A stretch of DNA of 35,346 nt from Phoronis australis (lineage: Eukaryota > Animalia > Phoronida): positions 1 to 35,346 of the forward strand of contig NMRA01001247.1 of the NCBI GenBank assembly GCA_002633005.1, in the 5' to 3' direction. How positions within the stretch are numbered: position 1 is the stretch's first letter; each line of letters begins with the position of its first letter. The translations under genes and the position numbers were made by a program. Shown in pieces: positions 11,797 through 23,783 of this stretch. The notes beneath the pieces are model-generated. The model had not been told where the DNA came from, did no database searches, and was given only the letters and a program-made list of their open reading frames with translations.

Positions 11797-12122
11797 GATT
11801 AGATATCCGGTCAAAGCACCCAGTGGATAGTCAGTGATTTCCACGAGATTGTTATCCAGTGTTTATCGGTGAAATGAAATGAAGCAATAAAACAGCAGAT
11901 TAAATTAAGCCCGCATCGCCTTCATTGCAAGCTAATACACTGTAGGTAATGAACCATTTATGCAGCGAAAATGTATTTCGCTACGTATATGTTCATTCTA
12001 CTTTTTGCCTGATGATGAGACATGCAGTCTCGACATATAGCTTGTGCTTTAATTTGCTTGTTTGTTATGTCTCGGTGCTTTGCTATAATTGCTGCACACC
12101 TGAAGAAAAGACATTGCTTCGA

Positions 12123-12534
12123 CACTACCGGGGTTTTCCGTACATGACCCCACGGGCGTGTATTTGGAAAATAACAGATATTTGGATTAAGGTGACGAAA
12201 AGTCATAGCCTTGACTGATATGAAAATATCAGCAATTTTTTCCATAAAACTGTGTTTTTTTAATTTTAATTTTAAGTTAGTTAATACATAGTTTGCCAAC
12301 ATCTTGTTCGTTTTTATCGATGATAAATGCTCCACAAAACTGTATCTGTGGCTAAAAGTTGATTGGGTTTTTAAGAGGACATTTTCCGAATTAACGCCTT
12401 ACAATCTGGACACTTGAAACAAGAAGTTCTAACACCAAATAATTGCCCATGGGCGTTTATTGGGCATAATTTTCCAAATAAACACCCGTTGGAGTTTCAT
12501 TGGGAGAGCTTATCTACGGAAAATCCTGGTACGA
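12123..12534. mobile_element. MITE with CACTA-like left terminus
   Basis: cactaccggggttttccgta...acgggcgtgtatttggaaaata is inverted to ttttccaaataaacacccgt...tacggaaaatcctggta; TSD not resolved. Confidence 0.55.
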
Positions 12535-12572
12535 GGGTCTTAGTACCAAGGTTTCCAACAAAAAGTTTAGCC

Positions 12573-12577
<5 letters not shown>

Positions 12578-12611
<34 letters not shown>

Positions 12612-12674
12612 TGTGTGTATATATATATTTATATATATGTTTGACACACACACACACACACATCCATATACATA

Positions 12675-12734
<60 letters not shown>

Positions 12735-12791
12735 TGTGTGACATGTGACATACATATATATGTTTGACACACACACACGTATGTATATGGA

Positions 12792-12827
<36 letters not shown>

Positions 12828-12885
12828 TGTGTCTGTGTGACATACATGCATGTACATACATGCATACGTGCGTACGTACATACGC
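12578..12885. repeat. Compound (TG)n/(CA)n/(TA)n microsatellite with internal inverted segments
   Basis: Directly visible; produces the spurious HT/CV-repeat ORFs. Confidence 0.97.
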
Positions 12886-12955
12886 AGGCTTCCTGTCTTC
12901 TATGAGCCTGGTGAGTATGAGGTTTGTTCCTGAGTCTCTCATTGATTTCTGTCAT

Positions 12956-13174
12956 ATGCAAAGGCTGGGAGCCGACTTTATGAATAGAGATGCAACCTAC
13001 TTGTGCAAGTAGGCCTACTGCACGTTATGCGCTCGTTACTTCGAGGAGTCCATGTTCACGAAAAACAAGCTGGTATGGAATGCAGCACCAACAATATTTG
13101 ATGCCCCAAATCCACCAAAAACGAAGATGTCAAAAAGTTCTCCGGAAATTATGTATATTACGGCTCTGGAATAG
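12956..13174 (+). pseudogene. Degraded THAP domain (C-terminal half), DNA-transposon-type (THAP12/PRKRIR-like)
   Basis: One frame reads GADFMNRDATYLCK*AYCTLCARYFEESMFTKNKLVWNAAPTIFDAPNPPK, i.e. LC-x2-(H>Y)-FE plus an AVPTIF-like box; one stop and loss of the zinc-binding His. Confidence 0.75.
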
Positions 13175-15439
13175 ACTCATTTGCTTGTCTGATTATAGCC
13201 TCATGAAGCTAAATATTTTACTGGGGCATCGCGTGTAGAAAGGACAATTGGTCAAAACCTGTTTCTCAAACTTTCACTAAGGTTGATCAGATTGAAACAT
13301 TTTATGAAAGGTTAACCTGTGATTTGGAGAGAACCAAACTCATGGATCTTTCAGAGTCTGAATGGGGGTCTGAAATTTTGATCCAACCTAAATTATTTGA
13401 AACGAACTACCAAACAAAATTTTGTTTAAAAATTAACATTTCTAGCGAAAAAAATCCATATTCTCTCAATTTAGATGTAGAGTCTTGCCGCAGAAAGTGT
13501 AAACTGCACGTTTTGGAATATTACTAGTATTGAGGAGCGTTTGTGTGATTTTTGTACTGTCCTAAGCATAAAAGATGTACTCATTTTCTTTGATCTTGTG
13601 TTCTCAACATTGATCTCAGAACAGCCTCTTCGCAAGTGTCACGTTAGTTTGTCCCAACTATGCTGAGCGAAGGACTCAGAATCAGTTTGCTTCTCTGTAA
13701 GTAAATTACTTTTCAGCTTTATTTATAACGCATTTCTTTGGCGAAAAGAGCTGTTGTGTATTAGTTAATTAAGAGAGTGAGAAAATTGGTTAGATTTTCT
13801 TGTTGTCTTGGTATATGTGTTGCCTATTTTGCACGTTTTTTGAAATTGTGATTAATATAAGCCCCAGTTGTGACTAGGTAACAGATTATGATCTCGTGAT
13901 TAAACCCCAACTTACCTGAAATATTTACTGTTATTGATAAGAGGAACAGTGGGTATGTGAAAGTAAATTTTGGTCATGCAAGTCTTTTTATTACAGTTTA
14001 GTATCAAGTTGTGGGTATAGTGAATATTTTGATTGCTGTTCAGAACTTCTTAAAACATTTTGTCATGACATTTTGGAACTTTGACTAGTTATGAGCGTAA
14101 GTTCTGAGTTATTCTACAGATTAGCAACAGACTTGTAACTATTGGTGATTATAGTAGTAGAGTGGGGAGTTTTCCATGTACTGGCATGTCACCAAGAAAT
14201 AATGGAATGTTCCAAAATTATATGTGAGGGTGCACCAAAATGAATTGCAATATTGTGGCAGTGATGAAGAGTCTTGCTTTCTTCTTTTTACTTGTGTGAC
14301 ACCCACTGCACAATTGTCAAAAATATTTGGTTGCCCTGGTGAGCACAAGAATCGATCCAAAGAGGGTGAGATTCTGTCAAGTGGTTCCAGATATATGTCT
14401 GTAAGTAAATTATGCTATTAGGCCAAACGAGGTCATTTTTGCCTGTGTCAGTGTCGTAAAAGCATCCCAAAATTGCCATGTGGAACTAAAGTGCCGACTG
14501 TAGCTAAAACTTGCACACTCGTCCGCTTAGGCCCTGTACTCTTTCTCAGAACACCAGAACATTTAGAACCCGGGACACATAGAACCCGGAATCGGGGACG
14601 CGAAAAATCCCGGAGCCAAAGTTACGCTCCCGTTAGTACATTTTCAGCATGTGAGTTTTCCTCAAAACTACAAATGCAACATTTTTCAGTTCGTTATTTT
14701 ATCACTAACAAAATGAAAACAAACAATTAGATGACACACAAGAAAGGATGACTAATGCTTTCATTAGTTGTCAGATTGAACGTACTATATGTGACGACCA
14801 ATAAGTGTTCATAACTCGAGATCAACTAATAAACTAATTGTCAAATAATGTTTGCAGGTGTTCAATTTAACAAATTGGTCGACTGGTGGGTTGTATTTAC
14901 ACTGTAGGTGTTCATGATTTGAAATCAGCAATTGTAAGCACTTTAAACAAATTCCAAAATAATATGGGATTTTCAAAAATATCAAAATCGTTTTTCCCAA
15001 TTCGACTGAAAACGTCTGGAATAGATACTGTACCTTTTGTTATTGTGATTTCATTTCAGTTGTTTACTTTGCAAAAATTATTTGTTCATTAGCTGTAAGT
15101 AACTTTCAAAAACTGTCGTTCCATGTGACAAATGGCATTTCTCACATGGAACATTGCGTTCTCACATGTGAGATATTTTCAATTGTGCCATGGGGTCAGA
15201 AAACAAATGGCACAAGGCATAAGCGGTCCATTTGTAACATGTCTCTTTTTATCGAAATTAGTAAAAGTGAATTTTATGTGATTTTAGCTGAATGTCATAA
15301 AACTGTATTTTTATTAGCAAATTGCATTGCTTACAGCACGTCTTCAATTGATAGTTAGAAAATTACAGATGTCTGTGTTTAACTATTCAGTGATTATAAA
15401 AACACTTTAGAAACAATTACACACATAGTAGGCTTCAAG

Positions 15440-15830
15440 ATGATGCCCATCACTCAGCGATAAGACGAAGCGAAACGTGTCGGTGCATATGTTCGACGTT
15501 TAAGATGCAACCATCGAGGAAGTGAGTGCACTCGTAGCAGACAATGTGGCATCAACGACTGCTGAGAGAAAACACAACTGCCTGCTACACAAAGAAGGCT
15601 CTTCGAACAATAAAAACAAAAGTGATGTGAATACAGAAAATGGACCCAGTCGTTTTAGTCAGCCTTTGCGCACTGTTCCGGTAGAGGTCATGAACAGCCG
15701 TCTTAACCTGATCATTCATGCTATACTCGAAGATGCCAGGACAAAAACGTATATGAACAGTGACGTGGCTTCCCAGTTGTGCAGTCAACATGCTCAGAGG
15801 ACAAGATAACAGTTTTTAAACGACGGATAT
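15440..15830 (+). mobile_element. BEL/Pao LTR-retrotransposon fragment (gag Cys/His knuckles + aspartic protease)
   Basis: AKRVGAYVRRLRCNHRGSECTRSRQCGINDC* / HNCLLH...LRTVPVEV...IHAILEDARTKTYMNSDVASQL follows the recalled BEL/Pao pattern C..CL...H....C....C....C...H..LLH then LRTVPV...ALLDDAST.TY.N.DVA; the catalytic D appears as E. Confidence 0.78.
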
Positions 15831-15907
15831 ATGCAATACAGCAGTTATGGACAGAAATCGCAATTGGATTGTTACCCCGAAGTGCATTTACTCCGAAGGT
15901 TCCTTAA

Positions 15908-16064
15908 CAGTGGCGGATTTAGAAGGGGGCCAAGGGGGGCATGCCCCCCCTAAAACTCTCCTAGATTCCATTTGGCAATTCGAGGGTGTGAATGTCTGAC
16001 GGGCAAAATCCTGGCTAATACTCTGCCCTGGCCCCCCTTACTAAAAATCCTGGATCCGCCCCTG
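15908..16064. mobile_element. hAT-like MITE (copy 1)
   Basis: TIR CAGTGGCGGAT / ATCCGCCCCTG; full-length similar copy at 21454-21609. Confidence 0.8.
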
Positions 16065-16291
16065 CTTACTTTTTTCGGAATATCGGAGTAAAAACGCAAT
16101 ACGCATCGCTTATTGTGCTCTTACTCCAAAAGACCACCTATTACACCAATTGCCGGCTACTGCAACGTTGGATCAATATATTTCGAATGAATGAGTCGCT
16201 TCAGAAACTAATAGCTGCGCTGTGATATGCATGTGCCTCTTCCGGCCTACGGATTATGAGATAGTGCGTCAATTGGGAAACAATAGTTGTT

Positions 16292-16704
16292 GGTCGAATA
16301 GGGCTGTCCCGGATTTTACGGCGATTGAAATCTCCTTTGTCCCGGAAATAAGAAAGCGCGAAACCTCCTCTTGAAATCAGGCACATTTTCTTGTCTGTTA
16401 TACGTGTCGGAAAGGCGAAAATTTTCTGATCACGCATTCACGCATTCATGCAGTTTATCAAACTTTCTTACGTCGGAGTTGCAGCCCACAGCACCGGTAG
16501 TAATATTTTGTTGGCACTGGGAGAACAAACATAGTAATGCAACCGAGAAAAATAGTAAACATCAGACAACAACAAACAACAAGTGAAACTCCAGTGGCAT
16601 GAAAGCGAGGCAGCAAATGGGCGTGACAAATGTTTACGGCATTGTGGGTAAATACAGCAACATTAGAGTGTCGCTGTTTAATCCGGGACGGCCCTATTTG
16701 GACC
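16292..16704. mobile_element. MITE with ~30-bp TIRs
   Basis: ggtcgaatagggctgtcccggattttacggcga is inverted to tcgctgtttaatccgggacggccctatttggacc. Confidence 0.7.
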
Positions 16705-16774
16705 CAAGTTTGTCACAGTTATACCAACAATGTCAAATATAGTTCTACAAATATTGCTGCTCTCTACTTCAACA

Positions 16775-19700
16775 CAGTACACTCTGGGTTGGGCCTTGCA
16801 GAAACCCCCGAAAATGTCAACCACCTTACAATGTATAGGGCCATTGGACATTTGAGCTGGATTAGATATGCTACGTGCCAGTTAAAACTAATATAAAACG
16901 AACGATAGTACCGCACCTAACACCGAATGGCCCATGACAGGCAAATTCTACTCTTTAAAGGGTCCGCTAGAAACACAAAAAGACCCTCAAAATGAGCGAG
17001 CTCATGCATTCGAGGTACCACAGAAACAATTCCATGTGAGTCACTAACTACTCAATACCCCCATGGCAGATAAAATACACTCTGACGTGTAGATGACCGA
17101 AATCCCCAAAACCTCAACAACGGTATGCCATTGAAATTTTGAGCTACATTAGATATTTGAGGTACCACAATAAACACTACCATATGATTCAAATAGAAGT
17201 TACTGGTTATTGAATGACCTGTGACAGACAAAGCCATCCTGGGTTGTGCGTGCCAGCCCCAGAAATCGCAACCACATACATGTAATTCTGTTGAAGTGTG
17301 TCATATGTTAATTGGATAATGAAAATCCCGTTTAAATCTTGGTAGAGTTTTTTGGTAGAGTTTTGTAGAATTAAGAATTTCTATAAGGAGGTGTGATCAC
17401 GTGTTTAGTTTGCAGCTCATGGAGAATTCTTGTATTTCCGTAATACTCCCGCGTGTACTGAATTCTCTCCTTGCCTAAAACTAATAATATAAGTTTTACA
17501 CTGACTGCCAAATGGATGGTGGCAAAAAGTAAGCATTTTGGAAAATACCTGATAACACTAAAACTTTGGGATACTAAGAACTGTCAATAAAACAACCCAT
17601 TAAGGGATGATTAAGACTGCAGCTACTGTAGCATTTTGGGTTATGGAAACGGGCAGCAGGTAAATCAAACATACTTCAGCGACACCACATGACCCCTTAA
17701 TTTACGTTAGATCGAGGAACCATGAAATTTTTTCCAAGAAGTCCTTCCATTGCATTTCCTACTAAACAATGTTTTAAAGAAATGCAGCAAACGTGTTTTT
17801 AAAGTCTTATTTAATCACAATAAATAGTCATCAAAGCACTTTCAAACAGCAACAATCACAATAACATCCGTGTCACAGGCTCTGATTAATGCATTGCCAT
17901 TTGAATTGGCTAAGTGGAAGGTTAGAACATGTCGACCTATTCATAGGAAACTTGAGAATCTGCTAGATGATCAGCTGCCATGGTACCGTTATAAGAAATG
18001 CGAATACAGTTGCCGCCATGTGAAACAATAAGTGTTTTATCCAGAAGAAATAGTCCATACAATGCATAGGTCTTTCTGCCATTCTTGTTGGAAGAAAGTT
18101 GCAAAACCGTCGTTAAATTGTCCCGTTCTGCATACCAGGAGTGTTTCAACAAGACACTTCTGGGTGTTAAATTCATGTTACGTTGTTTTACGGACAGAAG
18201 TTACATTTTTCCTAAATGAAAACTTCAGATCCTAAAAACAGTTGTGTTTATGTAACGTTGTTATTTTGTACTATTAACCTATAGCAACTGTTGTCGGTAG
18301 TAACTGACTAGCCGCTGAAATAAGATAATTAAGTTTTTCGTTTTTTTTTTAACCCCGTTGAGTACTTCATGTTGCTGACAGCGCATTGTGTACTTGCCAA
18401 TTGTCCCGCTCTTTGCGGACTGTCTGGTTTTCAATCTTTCCGCCATTCCGCCTCCCCATTTAATTGTCTCACTTTTTGACGCACGGCTAAATTGACACAC
18501 TATCATATTCTATTGTACACTGTAAATACTCTCGCAACATAGCCATATTTTTCCGCTCGACTTAAATGAAAAACGGGGCAGTTTCTAAGGCTCATTATGC
18601 TTTGCTGCAGTCTTAATCATCACTAAATGTGTTGTTTTGACAGTTTCTGGTATCCCATTAGTATTATTAGGTATTTTATAAAACGTTTACTTTCCACAAT
18701 CATCCATTTTGGCACTCAGTTTGACGCTGTTATTAATGTTAAGCAAGTTGAGAGCTCAGAGACCCGAACGTATTACGGTAATATATGAATTCGCTATGAA
18801 CAGCAAACAATGCGCGTGACCACAAGACCTTCCTTATGAAAATTCTTGATTATACGAAACTCTACCAAGACTTAATCGGGATCTTCATTGTCTAATTTAT
18901 CACAGTTTCAACAGAATTACATGTACGTGGATGAGCTTTCTGGGGCTGGCACGCACAACTCATAGTGGGCTTTGTCTTCCACAGGCCATTAACTAACCAG
19001 TAACTTCTATATGAATCACATAGAGTTGTTTATAGTGGTATCTCGAAAGTATGAGCTATCTCCTTTTGGGCGTCGTTTTTGAATTTATGTCGGACCCTTT
19101 CCAGAGAACGTTTTGTCTGTCATGTGCTATTCGGTGTGTATTGCGGCACGATTGTTGATTATTTAAATCTGATTTTGTAATCAGTTTTAGACGGTACCTC
19201 AAATATCTAGTGTAGCTCAAATTTTCAATGGCCTACCATGGTTGAGTGAGATTTTTTTGGATTTCTGGAGGGCACAACCCAAAGTGTATTTTGTCTCATA
19301 GGACATTCCTGACCGGTGACAGATTTTCATTCACATGGAATTTGTTTTTGTGGTACCTCGGATGTAGGAGCTAGATCATTTTGGGGGACATTTTTGGTTT
19401 CTAGCGGACCCTTTCCATAGCAAACTTTGTCTGGCATGGGTCATTTGTGGTCCAGTATTGTAGTACAGTTCGTTTTAAATCAGTTTTAGCTGGTACCTCG
19501 AATATTTTAACTAGCTCAAATTTTCAATGGCAAACCGTGGTTGACATTTTTGGGGTTTCTAACGGGCACAACCCAGAGTGTATTTTGTCTGTCATGGCGC
19601 ATTTAGTGAACAGTGACATGTATTGAAACACATGGAATTGGTCTTTTGTGGTACTTCGAATGTATGAGCTAGATCACTTTTCAATGGGGGGTCTCATTTT

Positions 19701-19985
19701 GGTTTGTGGCGGACCCTTTCCAAAGAGCAGTTTGTCTGTCATGGGTCATTTGGTGTTCAGTGTGGTACTATTGTTTGTTTTAAATCAGTTTTAGCTGGTA
19801 CCTCGAATATTTAATCCGGCAGCTCAAAGTTTGAATGTCATACGGTGGTTGACATTTTTGGGGTATCTAGCGGCCAAAACCCAGAGTGTACTTTGTCTGT
19901 AATGGGGCATTCAGTGATCAGTGACATAAAGTGAATCGTGTGTATTTTCGGGTACCTCGAATGTATGAGCTTTTACCTATACGAT
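16775..19985. mobile_element. Foldback-type element: long inverted arms (~16775-17655 and ~18575-19985) carrying ~300-bp tandem subrepeats around a ~0.9-kb spacer
   Basis: gttgtgcgtgccagccccagaaa (~17243) vs tttctggggctggcacgcacaac (~18937); gatgattaagactgcagc vs gctgcagtcttaatcatc; repeat units restart at ~19178, ~19478 and ~19783 (aatcagttttag..ggtacctc). Confidence 0.8.
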
Positions 19986-20475
19986 TTTGGGAACTGAAAT
20001 AGGGACTGCTCGAAGAAAAAGTTTGATAACGGGGGTATTTGTTCGATTTGGAAGGAATTAAACACATCGACAACCTCCTAAGGTGTTCCTTTATGCGCAA
20101 AAGGTATTTATAACAACGTGACTTTGATGGTTTAGTCGGTGCGAGGCATAATTCTCCGAAAAGCTTCCGGCGTACAGAGCCCCTATAGCCTCTGCATCGC
20201 CTCTGGTTCGGGCCAACAGAGGCGATGGTCATTGCCTACCGATATCTATGCGACGAGCTTGTGACCTAGTTTCCGTGGGTAGCTCAGACGGCAGACGTGC
20301 ATTTCCGTATGTACTGAGGAAGACTCTAACAGCCGTCTTCATAAAGGTTGTTTAAAGGTAAACCTGGTTTAAACTGGAAGTAGACCAGGTTTAAAGAGAA
20401 TCTGCAATTCATAAAGGTAGTTTAACTTTTAGACCAGTGGTATAGTAAAACCAGGTTTAACTCCAGTTTAGAACT

Positions 20476-20868
20476 GGGCCCAGTATCGAATCTTTTTTAC
20501 TCGAAATGGAATTCGAAATTATGTTTGGCATTTTTACCCTACTTTAGTGCGAACTCAAGATAAGTGTCTATTACTCTATATGCTCGAGTACATAATGACT
20601 TACTTGGATGATATATTAGTACTAATTTGCAGTTGAAAATCCATCATTAAAGCTAAAATTTCGAGTTTAAACTCGAAATTTAGAGTTTTTAGGTTGTAGC
20701 ATGAATATAAGGGTTTTTAGTGCAAACTTGCACTAGAAACTCAAATGCGTAAACTATAATTATTCGAGTCTGATAACCACTTATCTTGAGTTAGTACAAA
20801 AGGAGCAGAGATATTGCCAAAAATTATTCCGAGTTCGTTTCGAGCGCAAAGATTAGAAACCGGGGACT
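20476..20868. mobile_element. Nested MITE (GGGCCC-type end)
   Basis: gggcccagtatcgaatcttttttactcgaaatggaattcgaaattatgtttggc is inverted to gccaaaaattattccgagttcgtttcgagcgcaaagattagaaaccggggac; inner tagtgcgaactcaagataagtg vs cacttatcttgagttagtacaa. Confidence 0.65.
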
Positions 20869-21453
20869 GGTCTAAGTCAGATTTCATTTCACCAACGAGG
20901 TATAATATTACTTAGACCTGTATTAAGATCTTAAACCAGGTTTTACTTTAGACTTGGTCATACTCAGGTTTAATACTATTAAATATGGCAAACTTGTACT
21001 ACATGTATATAGGTGAAACTGAATGATGATGTGGTATGCATTTACGACGCAGCTTTAGAGCGAGAACGACTATTTTCAATATTCAGTTTGAGGACGACAC
21101 AAGATCAAACGTAAAAGGGAGGGACCAAGAATTTTTAATGGGGAGGGTGGTCGGGTCAAGGATTTTTAGAAGGAGAGCCTGGGTCAACAATTTGAAAATT
21201 ATAGATCTGATATCACTAAAATCAAGGGAAAAGGGGGTCAGGACCCTTGAACCCCTGGATCCGCCTTTACGTAGAACAGTATGTACCGAAAGGTGATCGT
21301 CGTATTTTCTCACAATATGATGGTTCGAGCAGAGCGTCATCGTCGCAAGCGCTACGCGTATGACTAAAAAGGCATCTACCTGTAATGAATATTATGGCCC
21401 AGTTCCATGTCAATTGGTCCCAGATATAAGGATATCGAACAGGTGTCCTACCC

Positions 21454-21609
21454 CAGTGGCGGATTTAGAGGGGGACAAGGGGGTCATGGCCCCTTTAAAA
21501 TTCTCCCAGATTCCATTTGGCAGTTCGGGGCTGCAAATGCCTGACAAGCAAAATTCTGGCTAGTACTCTGCCCTGGCCCCCCTAACTCAAAATCCTGTAT
21601 CCGCCCCTG
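21454..21609. mobile_element. hAT-like MITE (copy 2), nested
   Basis: Same TIRs and body as 15908-16064; absent from the duplicate segment near 23960. Confidence 0.8.
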
Positions 21610-22329
21610 TTCTCCTCCTTAGCCGCAAAAAAGTAAAAAAGCACGGAAATAAACGTTTGCATTTACTATGTTGCGATTAATCGTGAACAAGTACTTTAAT
21701 GTGTGTGCTTGTGTTGGACACAGACAATTCAAAATGAAAAATATCTCCCCATGATAACCTAGATCTGCCATTGGGTCACTCGCCGTTTTTCTTTGCAAAT
21801 TTTTCACAGAAGAAATTTTATTTCTGGCCTTTATTCTAGATCAATACCTCTGTAAGCCTCCTGCTTACGTTGACTTGATTTGGCACCAATTTTCTTATTC
21901 TCGACTATGACATTGGCTTTTTCTCTGGTCAGTTATGGGAGGGAACATTTTTCATTGCGAGAAAACCTTTTCGCCCTTTTTCGCAAATGTCTACACTGAT
22001 TCTTCTGCTTTGTGTCATTGTGTCCCCACGTGATCAATGTTTCATTGAAGCACTTCAATAGTTTCTTTGATGAGTTAATCCGGATCAATACAGTAGGGAC
22101 GCTTGGATACTTTAAACCTAATTTTACTAAACCCGCTTCGTGGTCTAACAAAACCAGGCTCTCAGACTTTTAAACCATATTGGTGAAATGCAAATCAGGT
22201 CTAAATTTAGACCAGGTTTAGGAAGACCAGATTTAAGTCTAAAACCTGTTTTTAATTGGACTTAGACCAGGTTTAAAGATAATTTGTACTAGTTCACTTG
22301 CTGACTCTAAATTAACACAGCCCATTATA

Positions 22330-23428
22330 ACATATTTTGAATCAAACGTTTGCCCAAATCCTGCCCGCCTCCAAACAAGGACTTAGTGTTTGACCCTTCA
22401 TTGCCTGCGGGCCAATCACCAGTGTGCAGTGCTATACCCTCTCTAATCGACCATAGTTGGCTCCTTGGCGGTGGAGCTTTGTAGTTAAAATGTATGGCAA
22501 TGCCTGCATCTCCATTGACAGTACTAAACGATGAACACTGCAAGTGCAAAAAGAACATCTGTGCTGGGAAACTGAGTTTGTGCTGCAATGCTGGGTCAAA
22601 CTGTACAGATATGTGCAGCTGTGACAACTGTAGTAACGTACATCAGCAACACTGACTGCATAACACTGGATAGTTCTTTGACAAGTCAACCCTAAATAGA
22701 CCTCCAACCTCGTTATTTCGTTTTTTGTATTAAAAAGTTAATTTTATTTGTTGATTAAGTCATAGAAAGTACATACTCTGATTATTGTCATGTATTTGTC
22801 TCATACTGCTTGATGAACGCTGTTAGAATAATCTATTATTTTCATACAGTTTGCACATTCACAGAGATCATTCCAGTATATTATTTTTGTACTATAATGT
22901 ATTTCTGGTGTATTATGCAAACAAGCTGTATTTTACACCATTAGTCAATGTTTTAGTCATTGAGGCACACATTTTGCCCAGTCTCAAGTGTTTTGTTTTA
23001 TTTTTGTTGCAAGACAATGCCAGAATAACTTCCTAGTAACATCCAGACTTAGTTTGTATTTTTGCCACTAGGTGTCTCTTTACATTTTTTAAATTTCACT
23101 GTTTACAATTAATCTACAATAGTAAAACATGTAATGTGAGTGTAATATTGTTCAATACAATGGCACTGATGGGACCATATTACTTGTTTTACAAAAAAGT
23201 CACCAAAACTGTTGTTTTTACAAATATAAGTTTACTAAGCTCTTTGGTGATTATTAGGTAACTTCAAACTCAAATTTCTCAAAAATGTGCAACTTTATAT
23301 GTGGGAACTTTTTAGATTTTGAAAACACTCTAATAAATGAACTAAAAAACACCAAAATAAAATTGCCCCCCTAAAGTACTCACAAAAACCATTTTCTAGA
23401 GGCCCTACAAAATCTGGCCCACCGACTA
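22330..23428 (+). mobile_element. 3'-terminal fragment of a second Academ-type transposon (Cys8/CXC finger + right end)
   Basis: PPPNKD / LTLHCLRANHQCAV / IPSLIDHSWLL...PASPLTVLNDEHCKCKKNICAGKLSLCCNAGSNCTDMCSCDNCSN (22360-22655); the fragment ends ...gcccaccgaCTA, matching TAG...CTA termini, just before an N. Confidence 0.7.
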
Positions 23429-23630
23429 CNATTCTTTAGACCTGTATTAAGTCGTTAACCAGCTTTAACTTAAGACTTGGTCAGACCCAGGTTTAACTGT
23501 TATTTATGACAGACTTGAATGATTTTGGTGCAACTGAATGATGCCGCCGTGTGCAATTACGACGCAGTTTTAGAGCCAAAATGCACTAATTTCAATATTC
23601 AGTTTTACGGTGACACAAGATCAAACGTAG

Positions 23631-23783
23631 CAGGGACGGATTCACAATTTTAAGGGGGGGGGTTGGTCATTTATTTTTTAAAGGGGGGACTAAGTCAACA
23701 ATTTGAAAATTGTAGATTTGATATCATTAAAATAAAGGGGGAAAGGGAGTCCGGACCCCTTAACCCCCTTGGATCCGCCTATG
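23631..23783. mobile_element. Small hAT-like MITE, present in both internal duplicates (other copy ~21115-21268)
   Basis: cagggacggattc...ggatccgcctatg termini; shared body acaatttgaaaatt.tagat.tgatatca.taaaat.aaggg. Confidence 0.55.

Noticed and set aside
12414-13012. His/Thr- and Cys/Val-repeat ORFs
   Set aside because: Translations of the (CA)n/(TG)n microsatellite.
19178-19985. CRISPR-like appearance of periodic repeats (also 26450-27560 and 31700-32100)
   Set aside because: The units are degenerate full-length tandem copies with no unique spacers, there are no cas genes, and the context is eukaryotic.
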